DNA of 64,000 nt from Octopus sinensis (Eukaryota): positions 110,794,001-110,858,000 of the forward strand of contig NC_042998.1 in NCBI RefSeq assembly GCF_006345805.1. Direction: 5' to 3'. The notes beneath the pieces are model-generated. The model made no database searches. It saw nothing but the letters and a program-made list of their open reading frames with translations, and was not told the origin of the DNA. The number at the start of each line of letters is the position of its first letter. The first letter of the stretch is position 1. Positions 51,904 through 64,000 of this stretch are shown piece by piece. The translations under genes were made by a program, and so were the position numbers.

Positions 51904-52029
51904 GTTATTGATAACGCCGAAAAGAGGGTGATTCTTTTCCACTTACCAAGATGAAGGGTTACGGTTCATAATCGAAACAGACAGTGATCGTTGAATATTA
52001 TCTGACATCAGTTCCTCTTGCTTTCATTT

Positions 52030-52378
52030 ATATATACATACGGTAAGGGCACCACTTAATGGATTATGGAAAACAAATGCCAAATTGTGTGGACAGAGAA
52101 ATGCCAGAAAGCATGTAACGAGTTAAAGATGTGTTAACTTCAGACTTATATCTCATGTATTTCGACCCAAAGTTAGAGATAACACTAGCTGCAGATGCTA
52201 GCGAGTATGGGATAGGAGTATGGATAGCGAGTATGAGCAGGAGGAAGTCTCTAGCTCACACATAAAGCACATTACTGCCGGCGGAAAAGAGCTATAACCT
52301 GTTTGAAAAAGAGGCGTTGGTTATTATATTTGGTATGAAAAGATTTCACAGGTCCATTCACGGCGGACGTTTTCGGTT
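52030..52378 (+). pseudogene. Ty3/Gypsy RT-connection/RNase H fragment
   Basis: RAPLNGL...WTEKCQKA...FDPKLEITLAADASEYGIG...LLPAEKSYNLFEKEALVIIFGMKRFH. Confidence 0.85.
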
Positions 52379-52733
52379 GTAAGTACATCGCTAGAAATAA
52401 GAGTTAAAATACTCTTAATGATGAAGGACGCGTGCAATTGTATACACACATGCGGAACAGGGGAGGTAACCGCCCAGTGACCGACTTCTAGTTTCGCTAG
52501 TTCTGTAGGCATTGTCAATTAGGACTAGTCGAACGACACATGCTGTCACTGACTATGCCTCCGTCTTTTCAATCAAAGTTGATTCGAATTGAACAATAGC
52601 AGCAACAACAACAGCAACAAACCTCAACCTAATTTTCGCTTTACACCTTATTTTTCTTAACACAATCTAAAAATTTTTCACCCTGCCCTTATGTATACAT
52701 GTCACTGATATACAGGAAATGAGTGAAATTAGA

Positions 52734-52734
<1 letters not shown>

Positions 52735-52814
<80 letters not shown>
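52735..52814. repeat. (TA)n microsatellite
   Basis: Directly visible. Confidence 0.97.
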
Positions 52815-52816
<2 letters not shown>

Positions 52817-55800
52817 GAGTACCTAACTTAAAGAAAATAAATATTTTTACTTAAAACACACTGATCATAATATTTGAAATTATTTTACATGCCAGCAGAC
52901 AATGGATTTCAATCTAAATTTGCTACACATCTGTTACTTATCAACCTTTCACAGTTGTCTCATTTGCAGTTTGCCTACAAACATCTTGTAATGACACGCC
53001 AGTTTATTTATTTATTTTTTCAATTGAAGTGAGAGACGTAAGGGAAATTGAGTCGATTTGTCGTCCTAATTGCTTCGAACTTAATAGTAAACCACATGTA
53101 AAAAGTTGTTAATACGATTAGACATTTACTGACTATTAACCTCATTTTGCTTTCTCGTATCTTCTGTTCATGTTGATCGGCTTGGTTTTCAATCGTCATT
53201 AAATGTCTTCTTTATGGAAACGTAAATAGAAATGTATTCCGAAAAGGAATTTTTCTAAAAATATAGTGCTCCTCTCTATTAAGTCACTGACCTATCATAA
53301 TTATTCGCATTTAATGTTTTAAAATACATTTTGGTAAACATAGCCATATCATTCCAATGTGAATGCATTACTCGGTTTTTCAGTAAGTTCTATATGTTCT
53401 GATTTTTTATTTTACTAAGTCTTCTGGTCTAGTCATCTTTTAAGTATGGGTATTTCATTCAGTAGTAAATTATAATTTCTTCCCGTGCACTGTATAATTG
53501 CAGCCAAATCTTGTTAAATGTTCCTCGTAATGAACATTAATAAACGTTAATAATGTTTTCCAATATTCAATTCTGTTTGTTTGCTGAAACAACCAAGTTT
53601 CTATTATATGAAGCATTCCAAGAATGTAAGGGAGGCTGTACATGCAATTCATATGTGAGCAGCTTTTGCTGAGTAGGTTTAAGTTTCCTAAGTAATATAT
53701 GAAACAGAGTATTCCATTAAAATACAGTCCTTACACAATGTTGTGGATGTTACCTAGATTTTCTCATACAATCCTTTGAGGTAATTTTGATACATTGCGA
53801 AAATCATCTTGATTTTTACTAAGAAACTAATATTGAATGTAGGGACTAGATGATGTGCTCGTTATTCAATTTTTACAAATGGAGTTTTGAGGTCAGTAAA
53901 TTTATTGGATATTAGCTTAAACCTGGAGACATCAACGAAGCATTATGTATAAAGTTTGCTCAAACCCAAAACAGACAATTAGTTTAAAGACGATGCTTTT
54001 TGTAATCAAATTATTTCAGTAATCAAAAACTCATTACTACAATTCTGCAATTTTCAGTGGCTTGCTTGGAAAATGTTGACTACCGTTAGGTTATAGTAAA
54101 GCTTCCTACCAAGTATTATGTATAGATCAGTAACATCTGATGAAGATTGAGGGCCAAGGCGATGGAAATGAAATGTTGATATTAAAACAGCTGCCATCAC
54201 TAAAGGTGACGTTAATAGTTCGAAGAAATATGATTGTATTTGAAAGGACTTAGGAAAAAAACCTCCATACATTAAGCATTTTTTGCAATGGCGATGTAAA
54301 ATTGTTTTTCTAGTTTGCCCTTATTCTTTATAGAATTATGTTTCATTTTTGCTGCACATAGCATTATGCAACATAGGATTTGATCCTAATTGCCTTCAAG
54401 CTCAGTAAACCCGAGCTCTCTTAAATCGGCAGAAAATGAACGAAAGTAGCTTGTGATGTTTTACGAAGTTTAGGATTTCTATGCTTTGATTTATTTCACC
54501 AAATTTAAAATACTGCCGTTATAGACAATAAGACATTGATTTTAAAAATCTCTCACTTTGCTTCTTATATTTCTTCAATTAGATTCCAAGTGCTCTTTGA
54601 ATCATGGCCATATGATTAGTTATTTGGCTTTCAAACTACGTAATTTACGTTGTCACACTGCACAGCTATTTAAGCAATTGTCAATTACTATAGAATCAGC
54701 AATTTTTAATGAAATTTGGCAGACGGAAACTAGATTGAAACCCCGCTCTCTTCCTACTAATCACAATAGTTCTGAAAAAGAAACGGCTCGAGTATGTTTC
54801 CTTTTACTCCTCTGCGGGACTATATTTTTTTCAAATATCTAAAACACAACTCTTCTACAAAGTGAATGGTGTCCAACGTTAGCGAACAATACAAATTTCA
54901 GGTAAATGTAGAGTCAATAGACGTGACTTCAGTACTTAACTAATACTTTGTTTGCCGACCAAAGAATGATTGAAGACAAAATTGAACTAGGTGGAGTTTG
55001 AAATCACAATGTAAAAGACTATAATTAAATGCTGCTGTGCTTTTTGAAAGAAACTGTAGATTTAACAATCATAAAAATGATGTAGAAATATATACAAGAT
55101 CGAAAACAGTACTACAATGTAAGTCGTCATCATAGACAATTTCAAAATTTTGATACATTGAAATCGTTTGCCAATGAGTTTTTTTAGACTAGAGAAAAAG
55201 GCACAAGTTTACTCCCACGATACAAAGTCTTAGCATTCTCTATATTCACTGCACAACAGTGTTTAGACGAAAGAAGCTCTGTTGGTGTCACAGTCTTACA
55301 TGATCTAGTCTGAGCCCTTCATTTAATGTGCGCAGGTCACTGGCATGACCATCATGAGATTTAAATAACAAGTAGGAATTTATAGAAAGAAGAAAGGTAG
55401 AAAGCCGACACAGATTTCGCCAACCGATCATCTTGAAACGATAATTCATTTTTGAAGCCAAAAGTATGAAAAGTAATACAGTTTTTCATAAATAAATAAA
55501 AGATTAAATTAAACAAATACTTAAATGGTTAAAGTTCATAATATATTACCAAGAAAGCAAATACTAAAAGCAATACTAACATTTGAAAAATAAAGTTCTT
55601 CATTTATTCATGTTTCTATCTGAGTAAGATGCATAAATATCAAAACTAACGGAGATCGTTAGGTACTATTAAGGAGAATGGAAGATAGCTTCAAAGAATT
55701 AGTTATTGTTGAGGATGTTTATGTGCTTCAGAATTTAAAAACTTGAACTTTATTCATTCTTTTACGCATTTTGTCACTTTAGTTTCTACCACACCTGAAA

Positions 55801-56290
55801 ATGTCGGTATCGAATATTGTTGGACTTAATGATGAGCTGGCAGAACCATTAGCACGCCGGGCAAAATGCTTAGAGGCATTTCGTCTATCTTTACATTCTA
55901 AGTTCTCCCACACCTGAAAATGTCAGTTTCGAATGTTAGCACAAGGCCAGCAATTTGGAGGAAAGGGGTAAATCAATTACTTTGACCCAAGTGATCAACT
56001 TGTCATTATGTGGTCGACTCCAAAATGATGAAAGACAAAGTCGAGCTCGGCTGAGTTTGAACTCAGAATGTAAACGTGGACAAAATGCCACTAAGCATTT
56101 TGCACAGCGTGGTAACGATTCTGCCACTTGCTATTAAGTTTAGCACATGATACACTGATGAAATTTGCATACTTAAAACATTAAGTAGGTAAAACGAAGA
56201 GCCGGGAGGTAACAATAGCTTAAATTTTTATAATAAAGTGTGGAGGGCTGAATGATGCAAAATATAATTTTTTTATATTTTGCAAAATAA

Positions 56291-56502
56291 GGCGGAGAGC
56301 TGGTAGAATCGTTAGCACGCCGGGCATAATGCTTATCAACATTTCGTCCTACTTTACGTTCTGAGTTAAAATTTCATCGAGATCGATCTTGCCTTTCATC
56401 CTTCCGTGGTCGATAAAATAAGTGCCACTTGAACACTGGGGTCGATGTAATCGACTCACTTCTTTCCTCGAAATTGCTGACTTTGTGTCAAAATTTGAAA
56501 AC
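56291..56502 (+). mobile_element. Abundant tRNA-derived SINE; diverged copies near 20510, 24340, 38120(-), 42055(-), 54890(-), 55831 and 55937(-)
   Basis: ggcggagagctggtagaatcgttagcacgccggg...ctgagtt.aaat...gcctttcatcctt...ggtcgataaa recurs across the window. Confidence 0.85.
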
Positions 56503-56546
56503 AATATTTTATAAACACCTTTCTGTGTTTCAAATAAAAAATAATG

Positions 56547-57490
56547 CAGGGTGTCCCTAAGTTAAGGCAACAGAAGTTTAGGGGTTTAATAACTATAAGA
56601 TATGAAAATTATACGTCATTATAAGCTTAGTGTGTCTTCTTTTTTGTTTTAGATAAATTCAGATTTATAAATTAGTTAACGGTTATAGACCGAAATACAA
56701 CCATAACCCTCCACAAAGGAGGTGAAAGTAATACAGCTATAGCAAAAAAGCTTAGAATTAACTGAGCAGCAGTCAGGAAAATTGTCAAAAAATTTCAAGA
56801 AACTAATTTCGCTGCTAATCAAACTGGACACAGCCGACAAAGTATGCAGACCCCTCAGCTCATGAAAAGTACCAGAGAAAAGATAAAGCAAAATCCTTGT
56901 TGTTCCACCTGTAAACTGGCTGCCACAGCGAAAAAAAAGCCGATCATCGATGTGTCGAGTGCTGCAGCAGGATCTCAGAACCCACGCCTATAAGATTATC
57001 CGCAGTCATCTGTTCGCGGCAATTTATAAGTCCATGACTGTTGGGAGTAGACTTGTAAATTGACGTCAAAATCCAATCAGATGTAGTTTGGGCGGCTGTA
57101 ACAGTCCCCTGAAATGCATCCCTTCGTTTTTGTGATCTCGGGTGTTAAAATTAACACCCATCGATACACTAGCGACATCCTTGAAGCTAAACTACATCCA
57201 TGGGCGAACGAATATTTTCAAGGCGCACCTTGGAGCCGCTAGCAAGACTCGGCACCATCCCACAGGATTCAGAAGCACATTCTTTCGTTTATAAGTAATG
57301 ATGTATGGACCTCCGATTTTGCTGTTTGGTCCATTTTGGAAACGAAGGTTTCCAGCACTTCTCATGCTTCGCTCGACGCTCTGAAGACAAGCTGCGATCC
57401 GCAAGAACAGCTGCGTGCTGCGTATGAAGCATTCACACTTTGACTTAAAGCTGTAATTCGAAACAGAGGTGGCCATATCGAATAAATGTG
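56547..57490 (+). mobile_element. Degenerate Tc1-like DNA transposon
   Basis: Terminus cagggtgtccc; QQDSAPSH, DFAVWSILETKVSSTSHASLDALK and LKAVIRNRGGHIE* motifs across frameshifts. Confidence 0.8.
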
Positions 57491-59108
57491 ATAGCGTCGT
57501 AATTGTATTTACTTTACTATTGCATTGCAACACTCGGACCCGAAATATAACAATATTTTGCGTTGGCAAAATAAAATTTTTTTTAGATCTAACTGCAATA
57601 TTAATGCTTCTAAGTAGGTGAAGAAATAATTTAATGAAATTAATAAATAATTAATCGTTTAATTTAAACGAACATGTATAAATCTTTTTTTCTTTCTATA
57701 AGTAAAAGTACAAAGAACTGGTCGGCATAGGTGATAAGAACCTGCTGACAAGGAAACTCAAGATTTTTGTTGTAAACAGCAAATATCAAAATGCTCTTTT
57801 CCTGATAGGTAAATTTACTTCAAAATGTATTCTTAGTTTATTCGAATTAACTCTCCAAATTTTGGAAAGCCGCTGACACTTACTGTAAAGTTGCAGCTAA
57901 ACGCTTCTTATCCGGATAAAACTACTCAATAACTTCTATATTGTATATGTCATATGATTCTCTTACGTATTTATCCATACCTAATTCCACTGGAGTTATT
58001 TTAAATAGCTCTTTTGGTTGTGTGTGTGCGTGCGTGTGTATGTGTGCGTGTGTGCGTTATTATGTATGTGCGTGTATATGTGTGTGCGTGTATATGTGTG
58101 TGCGTGTATATGTGTGTGCGTGTATATGTGTGTGCTTGTGTGTGTGAGTATATCAGTGTATGTGCTATAATTATAGGAACCCATAATGAATGCAACTTCC
58201 TTTTATCTAAACACAAAATCGAAGACGCAATCAAAATGCAAGTATCTGAATAACAGTGCAATATTAATCTTAATACGAATATTAATGTTAATATTCGTGC
58301 ATTCGAGTGTAGGTAGCAGATGTAATCCAAGGATGTCAAGGTGAACGAAGTAGGAGTAAAACATGGGGCAGGAATGTACAAAAACATATCCATCAATCAA
58401 CCATAAAGATTGTTACAGTTAAAATGAAAGATAAAAGCATAATGTGTGGGAGGAAGGAAGACATGAACAAAGATACGTACGCTACATGAAACAAACTCAA
58501 TTATAGCGACAATTATAATAGAAAAATTAAAGTATTGTGGGAAGGAGGTCAGGTAGAATGTATCAGGAGAGAAAACTGAGTGCATTGTGGAAACATGACA
58601 TACACAATTACATACACACACGGATATGCACATATAAGTATAGATAGATACATATATACTTGCTTGCATACATACATACATACATATATACTTGCTTGCA
58701 TACATACATACATACATACATACATACATACATACATACATACATACATACATACATACATACTTACACGCAATGGCATCCGAGCATATCAATTTCAACA
58801 CACGTATCTTCTCACTTCCATCGCACAAAATAATCATTAACCATTTTCTGTATTTAACACCGAAATAGAAAATCGCATGCGCGAATCAAGTGATTAAGTT
58901 GCACTTCAAATCGTTAAAAGGACACAGAAAATGCGATAGTATGTGAGCAGTGTCATTTTACTGGGTGCAGTTATTTATACAACTTTATCCAGTGAATTAA
59001 TTCTTAAGCGTCCTGCAAAAATTCAACAAAAATGTCTTACTTGGAAATGGATTTTATTATATAATTTTCGTGATAAAATGTGAAAGTTCTAATCCGGTTT
59101 TCATGTAA

Positions 59109-59148
<40 letters not shown>

Positions 59149-60411
59149 TGTGTGTGTACGCTGTGTGTATGTATAGATTTACATGTATGTCTGTATGTAT
59201 GTTATGTATGTATAGAGTGTTTGAAGTGGAGTACATATATTGTATAGTAAGTAAAAGGAGGCAGTCAGAATTTTGGATAGCTCTTTATTAGCGCTTTCGT
59301 TCGTTTTCGAACTCGTCCACACAAAATCAAAATCATATGTATATAATGCAAATACGAAGTTAACATGGTACACCATAAGTAGTTTTAACAAAGCATTCTA
59401 CGAGCATTGCTTAGTAAATATGTTCATTAGCATATGAATATTTGGGGACATCGACATAGCTCTAAAGAAACAGATAATAGAAAGAGGTTAAAATCTCATG
59501 CATTATAAAAGGAAATGTGGGTGTTCTTACCTCGGTTCCTTTTGATAAAATATCAATTGTCGAGATGGGAGAAATATCCTGTAAAGAGTTACTAACAAAA
59601 CACCATCTCACAAGGAAAAATTACGTCGAAGTACTTAACATGGAATTGTGTCTTTATGAGAATGCATTCTAAGTTATAAAACATAAGTAGACAACATCAG
59701 ATTTTCCGAAATATTTTACAACCAAATTGCTCAATTAAAAGCAACGTGATGATATTTTAAATGACTAATACATGAACATCACATGAACATCATTTCTTGG
59801 AATTTATTTAAATCAATATTAAAACGACATTTGTATCGAACGGTTAAATCAACACTATATTATAGTTTCAGATTTATCGTAGACAAAGAATTAGCTTGTT
59901 GATTTTTTTATTTGTCAAGAGCTGAGGAGGCATTATCCGAGTATAGGAGATAAATTAGCTCCCCTACACATTTCTACAATACTACGACTTGATATCAGAA
60001 ATAGAGCCACAAGAATTAAATTATGGGTGTTATAGCTATATTGATAGATAACAATCCATATAAAACCCGCTGATAGATTACATTCAGACATCAATATGAT
60101 ATGGTAGTTTAAACCAATTGCGTGTTACAATATTTGCTATAAAAATGTTGGATATGAATCGAATATCGATTCAAATAATCGAAACGTAAATATGGTAATT
60201 ATTAAGAAACGAATCTAAGCATTTGTGGTTAATTTAAACACTACTCAGATTTCAAAAATCTTTATATTTCTTATACTATTGCAATAACAATATCTGTATC
60301 AAAAATCTTAGAATATAAATATATGTAAGCATATGCACGCACATACATACACACACACACAAACACATACATACACACACTCACGCACACACATTCATAC
60401 CGCCTAGGTCC

Positions 60412-60455
<44 letters not shown>

Positions 60456-60543
60456 CTCTATATATATACAGATATGTAACAAGTATATAACAAGTGCAAA
60501 TAAGTATACATGCAAATAGGTAACAAGGATGTTCAGGTATCAA

Positions 60544-60630
60544 TGCATTACGGCTGTTTCAAGCGGTTCCATTTAATCGATCAATGAAAACATTACATCA
60601 ATTTGAAATAAACCGCTCTCTTCGGGAAAG
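60544..60630 (-). ncRNA. Degenerate hammerhead with long stem II
   Basis: CCGAAGA-g-agcggtt...aaccgct-t-GAAAC-agcc-GTA; U4>C change and stem I eroded. Confidence 0.55.
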
Positions 60631-60715
60631 ATGACCACATATATTTACAACATAACTATACGAAACTGGCTTGATGCCTCAATTAAACACCTAAATCAAC
60701 TGGATCTTAATTATA

Positions 60716-60759
<44 letters not shown>

Positions 60760-61222
60760 TGTCCACTTGATATAATTGGTATTTTGAATAACGATCTTAT
60801 CCTTATTTATATACAACATCATGATTTAAAGTCTACCCCTACCCTGCTTTTTTTTAGACAGTTCTATCAAATTGACTCTTCTTAATTTCTTATTGCCTTT
60901 CTCATAGGGAAAAGGGATACCTATGATAATATTTATGACCATGCCTGGTCATGAGCTGTCAACTCACTCTTGTTCTTTATTCAAAATAGACACAGTCTTC
61001 AGATTTAATAGATGATAAAAAGATAACTTAGAAATGAATTACAACTCTTACAACCCTATGACCCCACTATGTTCCATGCGATTCTAAGAAATTGTAGTCT
61101 ATTCTTAGCCACTTTTTGTGCAATAGGAACAACAAGAATTTATTCCATCTTCTTATTCTGTTAAAATATTTAGGAAAAAGTATATTGATATGTCCTATTT
61201 GTTAAAAATTTCTATATTCTGC

Positions 61223-61306
61223 GCAGCTGAAGGTAGCACTGCGTTTAAATTGATGTAATGATTGCCCTGTTCAATTAAATGGAACGATTTGAAACGATCG
61301 TACTGC
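61223..61306 (+). ncRNA. Type-I hammerhead with about 57-nt stem II insert
   Basis: gcag-CTGAAGG-...-GAAAC-GATC-GTA-ctgc. Stem I gcag/ctgc, palindromic ACGATCGT stem III; A9>G change. Confidence 0.7.
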
Positions 61307-63684
61307 ATTACTACTTGATATCTTGCTGCTTATTTTGATTTTATTTATCTTACTTCGAGCAGTGCGGATAATACCGAACTGACTTAGTGCATCAACTTAA
61401 GTACCTGATTCAATTGAATCTTAATTATTTCTCTATACATGTATATTTATGTGCCAAAATAGAGATAGAGGAATTCGTAAACATATTATTACAGTTCATG
61501 CATCCCTTCGAGACTGTGTTTAAAATATCTTCTCACGCGTAGTCTCCAGTTTCTCTTATGTTCTGCCTGGCGGTATAAAGATTAAGATAGTAAAATTCCA
61601 TTGGAAAATTCTCCAAACACAGATATATTTGTAGGTATACTGTTATAAATTGTTAAATAATCGATGAAACAAATATGTATAATAAATATTCATTTATATG
61701 TTCAAATATACGTCCATGATTACAATTGATAGGACATTCTCTCAGAGGAAGATTTCACGACATACATATATTCAACTTTCACATATGCGAAGTGACGTTA
61801 CTGAATCTACAAATAGTAAAAATGTTATGAAAGTACATATCCAGCTCCTTGTTTCTTCACTGTTTAGTAACTAAATGTATAGCGCGGTGAGGAAGGAAAA
61901 AGACCACAAAAGTGAATTCACAGTCATTTTTCTATTGATCGTTAGTAAACGTCTGCAATTGAGACTCAACAGAAGATGTATCAGTGAGGAGGCGGAAATA
62001 TTCACAGCCAATTGTTAAACAGGAGTTTCAATCTTAATGTTTAACACGTTGTTTACTGTTTATATTTAATCGATATATTGATCAATATCTTTTCTCGTCT
62101 CATCTCTTCTAATTTGGGAATAGAAACCAAAGACATGTGATTATTATTGTTGTTTTTCGCCACTACTATCGATATTTCCAAGTCATACATTTATATCTTC
62201 AGTCTGAGTGCTTATACTCAAGGTTCGAAATTCTTATAAATTCTTTTTATTTACTTTGCTTGACATTTTTTATGAGACAAAACTAATAACTCTTTTCTAT
62301 CATCAAGTATAGACATACATACATACATACATACATACATACATACATGCATATACATACATATATACATACGCACATACATGCATATATACACATACAC
62401 ACATACATACAAATATATATATATATACTCTCACATTTTTGTTATACTTACAAGTGATATATGTAGAAATGTTCGTGTGTGTGAGTGTGTGTGCATGTGT
62501 GCGAGTGTATGTCTGTATGCGTGCGTTTATATGTATGTTTTTATATGCATATAACATTCTTAATATTCTTTCTTAATAATAGTGCTTGTCTACGCCGTCG
62601 TTTCGGCGATACTGACTTGAAAGAATAGACTCAATATTTCTTTTGGAAGACATTATCGCCGAAACTTCGAAGGAATGAGTTACAACCAAACTAATAAACA
62701 CAAAATTAGCTCAATGTGGAAATACAATCGCTTTCTGTACCACCTGTTAGTGTCCGAATGAATATTTCTACGCATATGCAAATCTGTTTTTTTTTCTTCT
62801 GTTTCTGATAATTTAAATTATAACTGTAAATTAAATACAGAAGCTGGAACTTCTATATATATATATGTATATATACATACATACATATATATATATACAT
62901 ATATATGCACAGAACGTCACGAAACGTGTACAACAAAAAATACGACGTACGTGTACATGGAATATGAACTATGTTTTCGAACTATGAAAGACACAAATGG
63001 AAAACGAAAACATGACAAACAGCACAAAGAACGACACTTCATCAGTTGTTGGCTGTTTTTCTACTCTCGTATTCCGAGCATTTAACAACAATATACGCTT
63101 TCGGTAAAGCAGTAGCTCCCACAAAGCAAAATAAATAAAATTAGGGATTTTGCGGAGGGTCAAAATTTGGTAACAAAGACAGGACAGTGAAAACAAACAG
63201 GAAGGCCTGTTAAGCCTAAACGAGGTTGTGGTGGCGAACGCGTAAATCAAGCTTCGACAGGAGACAATCAAGAACATGTCTTCCTTGATTCAGCTACAAC
63301 GGAGAGAATGAAAGAAACACAAGTTAGAAGAAAGATGGCCGATGGTCACATGGGTGCCATGTGAGCAAGGGAAGAAGAGTGAGGGAGAATGAGTTACAAA
63401 GAAATGTGATAGTATATATATATATATATAATTAATCAAAGGTTATACTATGTATGTTTACCTGTTGGAAATAATAACAGTCAAACCTTATTTTAATCGC
63501 CAAAATACACTGATAATAACTACAGAAATCAATCGTCGGAAGGTAAACGGGCTAAGGCAATCTCTCAGCATACACCCAAGTATTTGAACTCACTTGGACT
63601 GGTATCTGGACTAACATAATAGCCTCACATTCCTCAGCACGTGTTACCATGATAGAGAGCCCCAGAAACCGGGCCACGTGAGTC

Positions 63685-63870
<186 letters not shown>

Positions 63871-63969
63871 ACGGAAAGAGAGAGAGAGAGACGCGGGGAT
63901 AATAAACTGCCGGACGAAAAAGGAAGTGGGATGTGCGTGTGTGTGTGCATATATATATATATATATATA

Positions 63970-64000
<31 letters not shown>

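Noticed and set aside
56155-56200. CTGATGA plus 11-bp hairpin plus GAAG
   Set aside because: GAAA is altered and stems I and III are not identifiable.
62601-62666. 12-bp inverted repeat gtttcggcgata/tatcgccgaaac
   Set aside because: No CUGA-type strand or other element features found.

Overview
Eukaryotic, AT-rich, microsatellite-dense DNA with no intact host gene that I can support. The repeat make-up (tRNA-derived SINEs, Penelope, R4/Dong, RTE, CR1-group and Tx1 LINE relics, mariner/Tc1, Helentron-like elements, very long TA/TAGA/TAA/GAA tracts) resembles an octopus/cephalopod intron or intergenic region; this is an inference. Most ORF-track entries are microsatellite artefacts. The most notable signal is a set of minimal type-I hammerhead ribozyme motifs from several sequence-unrelated families (about 757, 4144, 5970/25714, 8414, 9831, 21480, 60544/61223/13690). 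Most have palindromic stem III, and one family shows a G3-C8 core covariation. Several sit in short non-coding units bracketed by an inverted copy of their own 3' tail, usually beside TA/TG microsatellites, and one is fused to a tRNA-derived Pol III head. Together they suggest a non-autonomous Penelope-dependent, ribozyme-bearing SINE/retrozyme-like system. All folds were read by eye and not computed.
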